In this document: positions 18,175 to 27,684 of the stretch, piece by piece
Layout: every line of letters begins with the position of its first letter
Position numbering within the stretch: position 1 is the first letter of the stretch
Assembly: GCA_049975265.1 (NCBI GenBank)
Contig: JBNGDF010000023.1
Location: forward strand, 1 to 37,462
Length of the DNA stretch: 37,462 nucleotides
Source: Fidelibacterota bacterium
GTDB lineage: Bacteria > Fidelibacterota > UBA2242
Direction: 5' to 3'
Position numbers and translations under genes: made by a program
Notes under the pieces: model-generated
The model's database searches: none
The model's input: the letters and a program-made list of their open reading frames with translations, nothing else
Told to the model about the DNA's origin: nothing

Positions 18175-20793
18175 TTATTTCAGCAATATGATTTTTTGGG
18201 TTGCCACGTTTCCGTCCGATTCAAGACGGACAAAATACATTCCGGAATGCAATTGATCAGCATGCAATAATGTGGAATATTTACCCGGTTTTGCTTTGCC
18301 GGTTGCCAAAACAGCTACCTCCTGACCCAGCAGATTAAATAGACTTAGCCGAAAATCACCAGCCTGAGCCAGTTGCCAGGCAATAGTCGTCGTCGGGTTA
18401 AAGGGATTCGGATAGGCGGGTTCGAGCCGAAAAGTCAGCGGCTGCCGGATTTGTGCGTCATCAACTCCGGTGCCCGTACGGATATCTTCATCATAAGCAA
18501 CCAGTAACTGGTGTTCGCCTGAATATTGTGAACCGACTCCCCGGAACCAGTAGGATTCATAGTCGTTCAGCAGCGTTACATCCACACCGGTGGTATTCCA
18601 GATCATTACCGAGGTTGTATCGGAAGTATCGCTAATCAACAGCTTGGTTCCATCTGTCATTGTAATGCGCTCCGCCAGTTTTCCGTAAAATTGAATCCAG
18701 GTGCCCTCATTGTCGTCACTGTTGGCACCGGCAATGCTCACACTCTTTGGTGCCGGCAAATCGTTGTTTGTGGATAAGATCTGATACGAAAAATCGGTAA
18801 TTTCAACGGTGGTGTAGTATAATTCTGCATAGCCGACGATTTTAACTTCCGCACCACGCTCCAGATCGCTGTGAAATTCTGAAGAGTAGAGATTCAGACC
18901 GCGCCCCGATTTGTCCTGGACATAACAATCGGTGCGATCATCCCGCAATTTTCCGGCACCGATGGTAATGATGCCTTCAATGGAAACAATCGTTCCTTCC
19001 AGAACGTCAATATTGGCATGGATATCAGCAATATCTGTGAGATTTCCGGCGACCAGAAAGGACTGCACCGTGGATTCACCAATATTACCTTCCGAATCCG
19101 TTGCTACCAGTTTAAACTCGATCCGGCTGTTACCGGGTTGAGTCGGCAGCAATACTTTCCAGATATGCTGATCGGGATCATCCTCCCAGGAATCGGTAGA
19201 CTCATTGATCAAGCTCCCGGATGAACCGTATTTTGCGACAAGTGAACTGATCGTGCCCACCTGCGGGGTAATGATTGCTCTCACCTCTATTTCATTCGCC
19301 GATGTCACAAATTCCGGTGTGTAGCTGATACTGCTGATGACCGGCGCATTGGGATTTGCAGAGTGCATTCCGAGATCGCTGACATCATCCTTTGTCCCGT
19401 AGCTCCATTCATCAAACGTAAAAACCGGATTACCGACACTGACATTGGCATTCCGGCGTAAAACCACATCCTTGATAATATCACTGGCACTTGTGGGGTC
19501 GCCGATAATATCGAATATCACCTCATTGACCATCAGAGCAACAGCATCATTGCCATTAAAATGCACCGGCGATGGATATGTAAATGATGTATCCGGGGTT
19601 GCAGAAAAGGTAAAACCGTCAGATGCCAATACAAGAACGTCTCCAGGTTGAATCAAACCATGGGCGCCCCAGTTTTCAACCTTAATTTCGCTAAAATCAT
19701 TTGATCCATCCGATGAAATGGCAAGAACTATATTTTTTGTATTCAGATCAATTGCTTCTTCGGAGCAGTTGTATATTTCCAGAAATTTATTATTTCCTGT
19801 CGAGCCTTCCACATATTCACTGAAAAACAGCTGCGGAGCTTCGATGGTTTTAACAATAACAGAAACGGTATCGGTATCGCTTGCATCACCATCGTCGGTA
19901 ACCGTCAGTGTAAACACCAGGGTATCTTCACTCGCAGGTGCCGTAAATGTCGTAACCTCATCGGTTGGTGCCGATAGCGTGACAGTACTGCCGGCGATTT
20001 GCGTCCACTGCCAGCCGGTTATTTCACCATCGCTGTCGCTGCTGTTGGAACCGGATAGTGTCACCACTGTTCCCGGTGCTACAACCCGGTCGCTTCCCGC
20101 ATCGGCAGTTGGTGGGATATTGGGTAACTCCCCTTCTGAAACAACCACATAGTCCACATAGAGGACTTCACTGCCTGAATTACAATCGAGTTCAAACCTG
20201 ACCACAACGTGAGATGCACCGGAGACGGTCTGACTGAGACGATTCCACTGACCGACAATTCCCAGATCATCTATATCACTTCCGGTTGAATTGAGTAAGT
20301 CTGTCGTGCCGGCATCTGTCTCGATCCAGATTCTCACATAATCCTCGCTTTCATAGCCCCCGTCCTTCATAAAATAGTGCAGGGAAACCGTGTAGGATTG
20401 GGAGGAATTTAATAGGACGGTATCAACCGTAACCGTTACCATCCCGTCACAATCGGAAAGTTGAAATCCCTGAGAGCCGTCCGGAAAACTGGTCACATCG
20501 CCGGTGAAATTCGTCACCCCAACATAATCGCCATCGGTCAAACCGACATCATTGCGAGTATTTGTGTAATATGATGAAAACCCCAGCTCGGAACCGGTTG
20601 TACCGGGATCGTAATTGACGGCGGCTTGACCGTCATTATTTATCAATGCATGATCTTCGCCGGAATTTCCCGTATCTTTATACTGTTCGCCGGTTTCAGG
20701 CTCTTCAAAACTGGTATATCCTACGATATTTTGCGCCAGCGTAATTCCGGTCATGAAGATTACAAAAATGATTAAAATATTCATTAACTTCAT
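18175..20793 (-). CDS. Secreted protein: PKD-like, lamin-tail-like, Ig-like and OB-fold domains with a T9SS type A-like C-terminal domain
   Basis: Signal peptide; 'PPTADAGSD...VTLSGSNSSDSDG...WQWTQ...FTLTVTD' PKD/K319-like; 'LFFSEYVEGS..NKFLEIYN...FNGNDAVAL' (the lamin-tail type that begins ExeM/NucH nucleases); OB pair; 'AYPNPFNPTT...GMYFVRL...KIILLK'. Confidence 0.85.
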   Translation of the reverse strand: MKLMNILIIFVIFMTGITLAQNIVGYTSFEEPETGEQYKDTGNSGEDHALINNDGQAAVNYDPGTTGSELGFSSYYTNTRNDVGLTDGDYVGVTNFTGDVTSFPDGSQGFQLSDCDGMVTVTVDTVLLNSSQSYTVSLHYFMKDGGYESEDYVRIWIETDAGTTDLLNSTGSDIDDLGIVGQWNRLSQTVSGASHVVVRFELDCNSGSEVLYVDYVVVSEGELPNIPPTADAGSDRVVAPGTVVTLSGSNSSDSDGEITGWQWTQIAGSTVTLSAPTDEVTTFTAPASEDTLVFTLTVTDDGDASDTDTVSVIVKTIEAPQLFFSEYVEGSTGNNKFLEIYNCSEEAIDLNTKNIVLAISSDGSNDFSEIKVENWGAHGLIQPGDVLVLASDGFTFSATPDTSFTYPSPVHFNGNDAVALMVNEVIFDIIGDPTSASDIIKDVVLRRNANVSVGNPVFTFDEWSYGTKDDVSDLGMHSANPNAPVISSISYTPEFVTSANEIEVRAIITPQVGTISSLVAKYGSSGSLINESTDSWEDDPDQHIWKVLLPTQPGNSRIEFKLVATDSEGNIGESTVQSFLVAGNLTDIADIHANIDVLEGTIVSIEGIITIGAGKLRDDRTDCYVQDKSGRGLNLYSSEFHSDLERGAEVKIVGYAELYYTTVEITDFSYQILSTNNDLPAPKSVSIAGANSDDNEGTWIQFYGKLAERITMTDGTKLLISDTSDTTSVMIWNTTGVDVTLLNDYESYWFRGVGSQYSGEHQLLVAYDEDIRTGTGVDDAQIRQPLTFRLEPAYPNPFNPTTTIAWQLAQAGDFRLSLFNLLGQEVAVLATGKAKPGKYSTLLHADQLHSGMYFVRLESDGNVATQKIILLK

Positions 20794-20822
20794 TAGGTCT
20801 CCTCTGGTTCAATTAACGTTAG

Positions 20823-20851
20823 AAATTAGGATTTTGCGGTCTAAATACCAA
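20823..20851 (-). promoter_or_regulatory. Possible internal promoter for the distal seven genes of the cluster
   Basis: Minus strand TTGGTA, 17-nt spacer, TAATTT in the only large (155 bp) gap of the cluster, about 30 nt ahead of the GAGGAG-led ATG at 20793. Confidence 0.4.
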
Positions 20852-20948
20852 ATCATTTAACTTAGATATCACTTCATCTGGAAACGCTACAAATGGTTAA
20901 AACCGGCACTGTTTCTGGAGCAGTCATGCTGATGATTATTTCTGATTT

Positions 20949-22244
20949 TCAGTCGTTGCCGCGGGAGACGTTTTGTTCCGCCAGCACCACATACTGAAAG
21001 CGCACAATTCTGGCATTGCCGGTATCCGCAACGTAGAGAATATTGTCCTCAAAGACCAGCGCTTCAGGACGATCCAAAATATAGCCGACCTCCACCGAAT
21101 CAACCGGTTCGGTGCCGATGTTGCGGATAAATGCGCCGGTCCCGCTGAATGAATGTATATAATTCAGCCCGGCGTCGGCGACATAGATGACACTTCGTGA
21201 ATCAATGCAAATATCCCTGGGGATTCCAAACCGGCTGGTGTTCATGATTTCATCGGCTCCGGGATCGAAAAGGGTTCGGTAGGAACCGCCCGCCAATCCG
21301 TGACAAAGAAAATTGCCACCGGTCTGCGTGTAGTAAATATTCCCGCTGGCGTCAAGGGAAATACTGTTTGGCTCCATCACATATCCGGCACCGCTGCCCT
21401 GCCCGGTGACTACCTCGGAAAAACGGCATCCGTAAGCGAATACGATGGATTGGTCGGATAATCGCAATACATCCCTGATGTAGTAATACCCTTTAATAAT
21501 TCGGTTGTAGCGATAATCCATCAGATACAAACCAGCATCGTAGTCCTGTCCAAATGCGGCAACATCAACGATCCGGGAATTGCGTGGATCACCGTATTCA
21601 TCTTTGAGAATATTTTTAATATCATAGCCATCGTAAAATATATGAACTCCCAGAACCTCGGCGATTCTTTCCTCATTCCGCTCAAATTGCACATCCAAAA
21701 CAGCATAACCCGAATTTGAATAGAACAACAAAGAATCTATCTGCGTCAGTCGGTGTGTGTCGTTGGTTTGACTGTTGAACAGCAGAAGCTCGGTTGCAAC
21801 TGAATCCACTCCCACGTTATTGAAAAACTGGTTCCAGGCGTAGAGCCGATTACTACCGTCGGCGATGATCAGATTCATTTTGCTGTCCTGCGTCAGTCGC
21901 AATGGTTCGATAGCACTGACGCCTGGCACTTCCAGACTCGCCAGACCGGAAAAATCGTTCCCGTAGTCGTCAGATTCTACCAGATTGCCGGCACGATCCA
22001 GCACAATAATCCGGTTGTTGCCGGAATCGGCGATAAACAGGTAACTATCTTCACCAATCAGAATATCTTTGATTGCATTAAATCCGTAAACGGACTGTTC
22101 CCAATTTGGCATGACCTGAATATAGCTGGTATCCGCCTGTTCTGACTCATAAAATGTGGGGAGCGGTTCTTTCGAGACGCAGTCAGACAGTACCATCGTA
22201 AGGACCACCGCCATTACACAGATGATAAAAGTGGTGATTCTCAT
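20949..22244 (-). CDS. NHL-repeat beta-propeller protein, probable lipoprotein
   Basis: Repeats 'LFIADSGNNRI', 'LIIADGSNRL', 'IYVADAGLNYI', 'LYVADTGNARI'; hydrophobic N-terminus followed by Cys22 (atypical Asp at -1). Confidence 0.85.
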   Translation of the reverse strand: MRITTFIICVMAVVLTMVLSDCVSKEPLPTFYESEQADTSYIQVMPNWEQSVYGFNAIKDILIGEDSYLFIADSGNNRIIVLDRAGNLVESDDYGNDFSGLASLEVPGVSAIEPLRLTQDSKMNLIIADGSNRLYAWNQFFNNVGVDSVATELLLFNSQTNDTHRLTQIDSLLFYSNSGYAVLDVQFERNEERIAEVLGVHIFYDGYDIKNILKDEYGDPRNSRIVDVAAFGQDYDAGLYLMDYRYNRIIKGYYYIRDVLRLSDQSIVFAYGCRFSEVVTGQGSGAGYVMEPNSISLDASGNIYYTQTGGNFLCHGLAGGSYRTLFDPGADEIMNTSRFGIPRDICIDSRSVIYVADAGLNYIHSFSGTGAFIRNIGTEPVDSVEVGYILDRPEALVFEDNILYVADTGNARIVRFQYVVLAEQNVSRGND

Positions 22245-23242
22245 AATGCCAGCCTTATTGAAATCCTCTGAATATCAGTAAGATAGACCATTTTGGTAAA
22301 GGAATAATCAAAAATAATTCTTTTCTTTCCCAGAGGCAGTTGTAATCCGATTCCCAGATTGAATCGTTCTTCCCGGTTGTTGATAATTTTTCCCCCTCTC
22401 AGGAACAGATATTTGGCAAAAGCATTTTCCACACCCACGGAAAAGGTCTCGATATTGTCCACAGGATGGTTCAGCTGCCCTGCCAGTGTCAGGCGATTCC
22501 AGTCCACATCGATAATCTCCATCGCCGCACCGAGCCGGAAAATGGTTGGCAGGGGAAAATCTTCGTAATCGGCTCTGACGGTACCCCCTTCGATGACCGG
22601 CTTGTCGTAGCCGCCCCGAAAGGCGACTTCAGGACCGAAATTTGTCAACGAAACAGCGAAACGCAGACTTTTATAGCCGGTCCGGTAGTACGTACCGATA
22701 TCGATCATCGGGGTGTGGCTGCTGACGTCAGCAATATTTTCTTCCACGTATTTCAGGGTCAATCCCCAGGAAAAATGTTCCGTTACCCGCTGGGCTGCAG
22801 ACAGACCGATGAAATAGTCGGAATAGTAGAATTTTTCACCGGTTCCGTGGGGCATATACTCCGTAGTCACGTCCATGGCGTTGGTGTGCAAAAAACCACC
22901 CGAAAGACCGAAGGCAAAATTTGGGGAATACTTATATGCTATTCCAAAGAAGTCGTACTGAATATCAGCCGGCCATTCGATACGTGAGGTATAAAATTCT
23001 GAACCCAACATCTGCGCCAGCCCGGCAGGATTCCAGTAAAGACAGGAAGCGTCGTCGGCAACGCCGATAAAAGCGCTTCCCATGGCTGCGCTGCGGCTGC
23101 CGATGCCGATTTTTAAAAAAGTCAATGCGGAAGTTCCGGCGCGCTGGTAGCCGAGACTTGGAAAAATTTCGATGCCGGAAACCGAACCCCGCAGAAGCAG
23201 AATCAAACCAAGAATAACCGAGGCTTTCATTTTTTGGTACAT
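22241..23242 (-). CDS. PorV/PorQ-family outer-membrane protein
   Basis: 'AGTSALTFLKIGIGSRSAAMGSAF...DDASCLYWNPAGL', 'LPTIFRLG', 'LFLRGG', 'FDYSF...QRISI'; start overlaps the stop of the TonB-dependent receptor (TAATG). Confidence 0.9.
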   Translation of the reverse strand: MYQKMKASVILGLILLLRGSVSGIEIFPSLGYQRAGTSALTFLKIGIGSRSAAMGSAFIGVADDASCLYWNPAGLAQMLGSEFYTSRIEWPADIQYDFFGIAYKYSPNFAFGLSGGFLHTNAMDVTTEYMPHGTGEKFYYSDYFIGLSAAQRVTEHFSWGLTLKYVEENIADVSSHTPMIDIGTYYRTGYKSLRFAVSLTNFGPEVAFRGGYDKPVIEGGTVRADYEDFPLPTIFRLGAAMEIIDVDWNRLTLAGQLNHPVDNIETFSVGVENAFAKYLFLRGGKIINNREERFNLGIGLQLPLGKKRIIFDYSFTKMVYLTDIQRISIRLAL

Positions 23243-25992
23243 TAAAACTTTACCTTCACTCCTATCATTACGTTGCGGGGTTCCTGGTATCGGGAAGGAT
23301 CGGTGGGCGGTAAATCGGTTAAGGAGTCGTACCAGGAACGGGGAATCGGATCACCGGGCTCATAAGCCCGACCGGTGACCGGATTGATCCGGCGGGCGAT
23401 TTTCGCATCCAGCAGATTTTCAATCTGTACAGACAGGTCGAAACCGAGTTTATTCACAGAAAAACCTTTCGTTACTTTCAGGTCCCAGCGTTGCCAGTAG
23501 GGAGACAGCGCCGAATATTCCGCATCGGCATATTTTTCCAGCTCGAGGTCAATGATCGGCGTGTAGCGTTTTCCGGAAGAGACCTGCCAATGAATATATA
23601 TCCCGAAATCACGGGGAAGTGGCAGAAAGCCCAGTTTTGCCCGATTGTCTTTTGGGATATAAAAATTGAAATCCGCCGACATACGCAGAGGAACATCCCA
23701 ACTCATAAAGGTTTCCGCCAGCGATTTTTCCTTGTTGACTGACACCTTATCGAGGGCTTCATTGGGTGATGAACTTTTCCCGGAAGTAATTGAGTAAGTC
23801 CCGTTCAATCTGACAGACAGCAGCTCCGAGAAACGGCGCTGCAGGTAGACCTCCAGACCACGGGAACGGGCATAATCCATATTGAAATACATAAACGGTC
23901 TTTTTTGTCCCGACTCTCCCTGAATCGTCAGTCTTTCCGATGTGGCATAATCGAACAGGTCTTTGTAAAAAGCCGTGATATTGATGATCTGATCTTCGCT
24001 GAATTTATGTTTGATGCCGATTTCATAGGCAACCGTCGTAGTGGGATTTAAATCCGGATTGCCCAGCAACGGACTGGCACCGAGTTTGGTTTTATTCAAT
24101 CCGGCGTAAATGTACTCGTAGTTTGGTCGCTGCGAGAAATGTCCGTAGGAAAAGAACAGGACATCATTATCGGTCAGCGGATGCGAAATTCCCAGTCGCG
24201 GACTCAGGTGGGCTTTGCCTCTTTTCCCGGTGATCCCGAAAGTACCGTCCCTGAAATCTTCCCGAAAATGCTGCGAAAGGTGCGGCGCCAGTTCCTGGTT
24301 ATCAATTAACTCTGTACAGATTTCATCCAGCAGCATGTAGTCAAGCCGGAGACCGATATTGACGATCATCCCGGAATAGACAATTTTATCCTGAATATAC
24401 GCAGCGCCGGCATTCGGCGTGACGGTGTAAATATCCCAGGAGCCGCCAAAACTGTTCTGCACACCGGTCAGCCACGGATCGTCGATATTAATAACCTGCA
24501 GCTCGGTGAATTCGGTTTCGAAACCGGTTTTAAGACGATGATTATTGGACACCTGACTGGTCAGTTCCGTTTTGATCGTCCAGGTGTCGGAATAGTGGTC
24601 ATGCCAGTTCGAGGCGTCGCCGGTATCGTAAAATCCATCCCGTATCCAGACCGATACATCGCCATCGGGAAAATCACTGAAATAGCGAATCGGCTTGATA
24701 TCATTGCGGATATCATATTCATCGAAATATTTTCCCTGTACAGCCGAGTGAACGTTGATGAACACCCGACCGATGTCCATTTCCAAAAATGTCCGCTGAT
24801 TGAAAGAGTGCGTCAATTGCAGATTGTACTGAATACCGTCCCAGGTCATGGTATTGTAATGATCCAGCCAGTACATGTATTCATAAGGAAAATACACCTT
24901 CGTGTTGGCAATTGACTGAAAATAGCCTTGATTAATTTGCAGGGAGCGTTTATAGGTTCCGGAGAGTTTGGTGTTATGATACTTCCAGGTCAGTTTCAGC
25001 AATCCCGACCAGTTGTTTTCCTCCCGCTGGGCAAACGGCTGGTAAGCCTTTTCTGCCGGAATAAGTTCCGATGCCGATGGTAAATAGGTATCCGATATAA
25101 ACATGTACGCATTGGAAAAAAAGGTCAGCGAGCCGGGTAAATTTAAGCCCAGCGCCGGTAATAATCTGGCTGAAAAAGGCTCGGGACCACCCAGCGATAT
25201 TTCCACCACATCGGTATTAAAGTTTTGCACTGATTCGATGAAAATATGATCGGATTTCAGGGCGATACTGCCGTGATATTCCTCACCACCCTCTTTTGTT
25301 TTCACCTCAATGATGCCGGACATCGCCTGTCCGTATTCGGCGTTGAATCCACCGGTGATGACCTCCAGCTCTTCGATGGCATCGGTACTCAGGAAGATGC
25401 CGTAATTCTTACCCGACAGTGGGTCTTTCGTGGAAACACCGTCAATAATATAGAGATTCTCGTCGGCTCGTCCCCCACGGATATGGATCTCATTATCGAC
25501 TTTGACGACCCCCACCTGTTGCTCCAGGATATCATCCATGCTCTCAATTATTTTAGTGTCGATATCATCACTGCTGACCCGCTGCAATGAACTGGTTAAA
25601 TCCGGCTCCAGCAGCGGCTTTTTCCCGATGACAACCACCTCCTGCCCGAACGACAGTATCGTCGGTTCCATCGGAATCTCTAACTCGACCACCGCTGTTT
25701 CATCCACACTGATTCCGGTGTAGAGCTGAACCTTGTAACCAATGGTGCTGACTTCGATATCGTAATCACCGGGACTCAGTCCCGTGATGATAAAATTGCC
25801 GTTCAGGTCTGTAGCGGAACCTTTATATGTGCCTTTGACGATCACATTGGCACCGATGATGGGTGTTTCATTTTCCTTATCATAGACCCTGCCTTTGATC
25901 GTGCCGCCCGCAGCATGGATACTGAATAACAGCAAAAAAATCAATGTTATATTGAGATTGAATTTTTGCTTATTACGAATAGGGATACTCAA
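23242..25992 (-). CDS. TonB-dependent receptor with N-terminal carboxypeptidase-regulatory-like domain
   Basis: 'GTIKGRVYD...PIIGANV...ATDLNGNF'; plug 'IHIRGGRADENLYIIDG' and 'GGFNAEYGQAMSGII'; 'SPRLGISHP', 'GNPDLNP', 'ENLLD'; terminal 'PRNVMIGVKVKF'. Confidence 0.95.
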   Translation of the reverse strand: MSIPIRNKQKFNLNITLIFLLLFSIHAAGGTIKGRVYDKENETPIIGANVIVKGTYKGSATDLNGNFIITGLSPGDYDIEVSTIGYKVQLYTGISVDETAVVELEIPMEPTILSFGQEVVVIGKKPLLEPDLTSSLQRVSSDDIDTKIIESMDDILEQQVGVVKVDNEIHIRGGRADENLYIIDGVSTKDPLSGKNYGIFLSTDAIEELEVITGGFNAEYGQAMSGIIEVKTKEGGEEYHGSIALKSDHIFIESVQNFNTDVVEISLGGPEPFSARLLPALGLNLPGSLTFFSNAYMFISDTYLPSASELIPAEKAYQPFAQREENNWSGLLKLTWKYHNTKLSGTYKRSLQINQGYFQSIANTKVYFPYEYMYWLDHYNTMTWDGIQYNLQLTHSFNQRTFLEMDIGRVFINVHSAVQGKYFDEYDIRNDIKPIRYFSDFPDGDVSVWIRDGFYDTGDASNWHDHYSDTWTIKTELTSQVSNNHRLKTGFETEFTELQVINIDDPWLTGVQNSFGGSWDIYTVTPNAGAAYIQDKIVYSGMIVNIGLRLDYMLLDEICTELIDNQELAPHLSQHFREDFRDGTFGITGKRGKAHLSPRLGISHPLTDNDVLFFSYGHFSQRPNYEYIYAGLNKTKLGASPLLGNPDLNPTTTVAYEIGIKHKFSEDQIINITAFYKDLFDYATSERLTIQGESGQKRPFMYFNMDYARSRGLEVYLQRRFSELLSVRLNGTYSITSGKSSSPNEALDKVSVNKEKSLAETFMSWDVPLRMSADFNFYIPKDNRAKLGFLPLPRDFGIYIHWQVSSGKRYTPIIDLELEKYADAEYSALSPYWQRWDLKVTKGFSVNKLGFDLSVQIENLLDAKIARRINPVTGRAYEPGDPIPRSWYDSLTDLPPTDPSRYQEPRNVMIGVKVKF

Positions 25993-25993
25993 T

Positions 25994-27637
25994 TTAATGA
26001 CCTAAAAACTCCCGGATCACTTCCTTCATATTGCCGTCGCCGTTGGTATTGTGCAGTGTAAAAGACAAAAAGATTAACTTCACTTCTCCTTCCGTGGGAT
26101 ATTTTACACCGATAACCGGTTCACCCGGCCACTCGTTTCGGCTGGATGCGGGCAGCTGATACAACGTATCGGCGTCGGCGCCCACAATCAGTCCGTCAGG
26201 ATTGGAGATGATTTTTCCGCTGGTAACTTTCAAATCCACATAGCTGGAGTCGCGACTGTAAATAATCTGCCCGGGACCGATGCGATAATCACCTGCCTTG
26301 AACCGATACCGGTCCGCAACTATTTCAAATCCATCGGAGGATAAAAAGGCAAATAACGAATCGTTGTTATCAATTGCATTGATGGAGCTTATCAATATAT
26401 GATGATTTCGTTCCGGCTGCAGAATATACGCCAGAATTTCCGGTGATATATTCGGCAGATGCGATTGCCCGTCCGCGTAATAAATAATATAGTTGAAAAA
26501 TGATAAGGTTTCCTCAATGTCAATTTTCGAATAGGGAATCCGGTCTTCGATATGCCAGACGGAGTAATTTTCTGTTCCCAGAATTTCATCCAGAGCTGCC
26601 GGATAAAGTTCATCGCCATCGGTTTTCAAGGCGTAGTCATCAATAAAAAGGGTACCGTTGCGCTTCGGTTCTTCAACGATCCAGGTGCCCTTCTCCCGGG
26701 GAAAACGAATAATTTCGCTGAACTGTCCCGCGATGTCCACCACCGTCAGATAGAATACCCATTCCCCTTCCGGAATGTCGCGCAGTGTAAGCACTCTCTG
26801 GGAACCATCAAGAATGCCGTGAATTTCACAATTTTGAAAATCAGCGAGAGTTGCCGGAGATTCGGACATTTTTCGGTTCAATGCATAATGAAAATTCACA
26901 AGGGTTTCATTCCCGTCGGGATCATAGCCGATCCAGTTGAAAGTCCGGGTAGTAAACGTCCTGGAAGTAAGTGTATCCGGAGGATTGCTGCCATAGACGA
27001 AACTGACTTCCGGCGGGGAATTCTTAATAGGGAAAAGACCAAACGCAGGTGTCGGATCAACGGCGCCGGTCGTATCGGTTGGCGGCAAATTATAAAATTC
27101 ATCACCCCGCAGTGTCGTTAATACGGCGCCAAAGGTGGTCTGAATTCCCGGCGTATCTCCGCGGGACAGAGCAATATCGGTCTCATCATAGATTCTATAT
27201 TGACTGCCAATATCGGCAAAATACTCGTTATCTATGTCTGATTTGGTTGCTTCCTGATAATTCCATTCGGCACAGTTATCGACTGCTTTGATCTTGATCC
27301 AGAAATCATCCGTCAATTGGCGAATCGGGATGTGGAAGGTGTCCGATTCTGCAGTTGTCCAGATACAGGAATCCGGGACAGTTTCGGCAAAGTGACTCCA
27401 CTGATAATAGTAACCCATCACTTCACCATCGGGATCACTGCCCCACCAGTGTAAAATCTGAGTACTGAAGGTAGTATCAAATCCGGCTGCGGTGGGCTGA
27501 ATGAACAGTCTTGTGTCCGGTCTTTGATTGGGATGAGGATTGGATGTCAATCCCTTTTCACAAGAGAAATAGCCAATGGCGCAGACAACCGTGATAGTGA
27601 ATACCGCTGATAACGATTTGCTCAAAGACTCCACCAA
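25994..27637 (-). CDS. Lipoprotein with two related Ig-like modules, function unknown
   Basis: 'GYFSC' lipobox; repeated module 'NQRPDT...LHWWGSDPDGEVMGYYY...IKAVDN' and 'NSPPEV...FNWIGYDPDGNETLVNFHY...VVDIAG'; 1 bp from the receptor gene. Start is TTG 27637, GTG 27634 or TTG 27625. Confidence 0.78.
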   Translation of the reverse strand: MVESLSKSLSAVFTITVVCAIGYFSCEKGLTSNPHPNQRPDTRLFIQPTAAGFDTTFSTQILHWWGSDPDGEVMGYYYQWSHFAETVPDSCIWTTAESDTFHIPIRQLTDDFWIKIKAVDNCAEWNYQEATKSDIDNEYFADIGSQYRIYDETDIALSRGDTPGIQTTFGAVLTTLRGDEFYNLPPTDTTGAVDPTPAFGLFPIKNSPPEVSFVYGSNPPDTLTSRTFTTRTFNWIGYDPDGNETLVNFHYALNRKMSESPATLADFQNCEIHGILDGSQRVLTLRDIPEGEWVFYLTVVDIAGQFSEIIRFPREKGTWIVEEPKRNGTLFIDDYALKTDGDELYPAALDEILGTENYSVWHIEDRIPYSKIDIEETLSFFNYIIYYADGQSHLPNISPEILAYILQPERNHHILISSINAIDNNDSLFAFLSSDGFEIVADRYRFKAGDYRIGPGQIIYSRDSSYVDLKVTSGKIISNPDGLIVGADADTLYQLPASSRNEWPGEPVIGVKYPTEGEVKLIFLSFTLHNTNGDGNMKEVIREFLGH

Positions 27638-27640
27638 GGG

Positions 27641-27672
27641 AAAAGTGCGCCCCGACGATGTCGGGACGCACT
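27641..27672 (-). terminator. Intra-cluster stem-loop with short U-tract (terminator, attenuator or mRNA stabiliser)
   Basis: Minus strand AGTGCGTCCCGAC-ATC-GTCGGGGCGCACT-TTT: 13-bp stem with one G-U pair, 12 nt after the stop of 27685-30258. Confidence 0.75.
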
Positions 27673-27684
27673 AAGTGTTGTTAA

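Noticed and set aside
23242..27637. Classical SusC/SusD polysaccharide utilisation locus
   Set aside because: No SusD-like protein and no recognisable glycoside hydrolase, lyase or sulfatase motifs.
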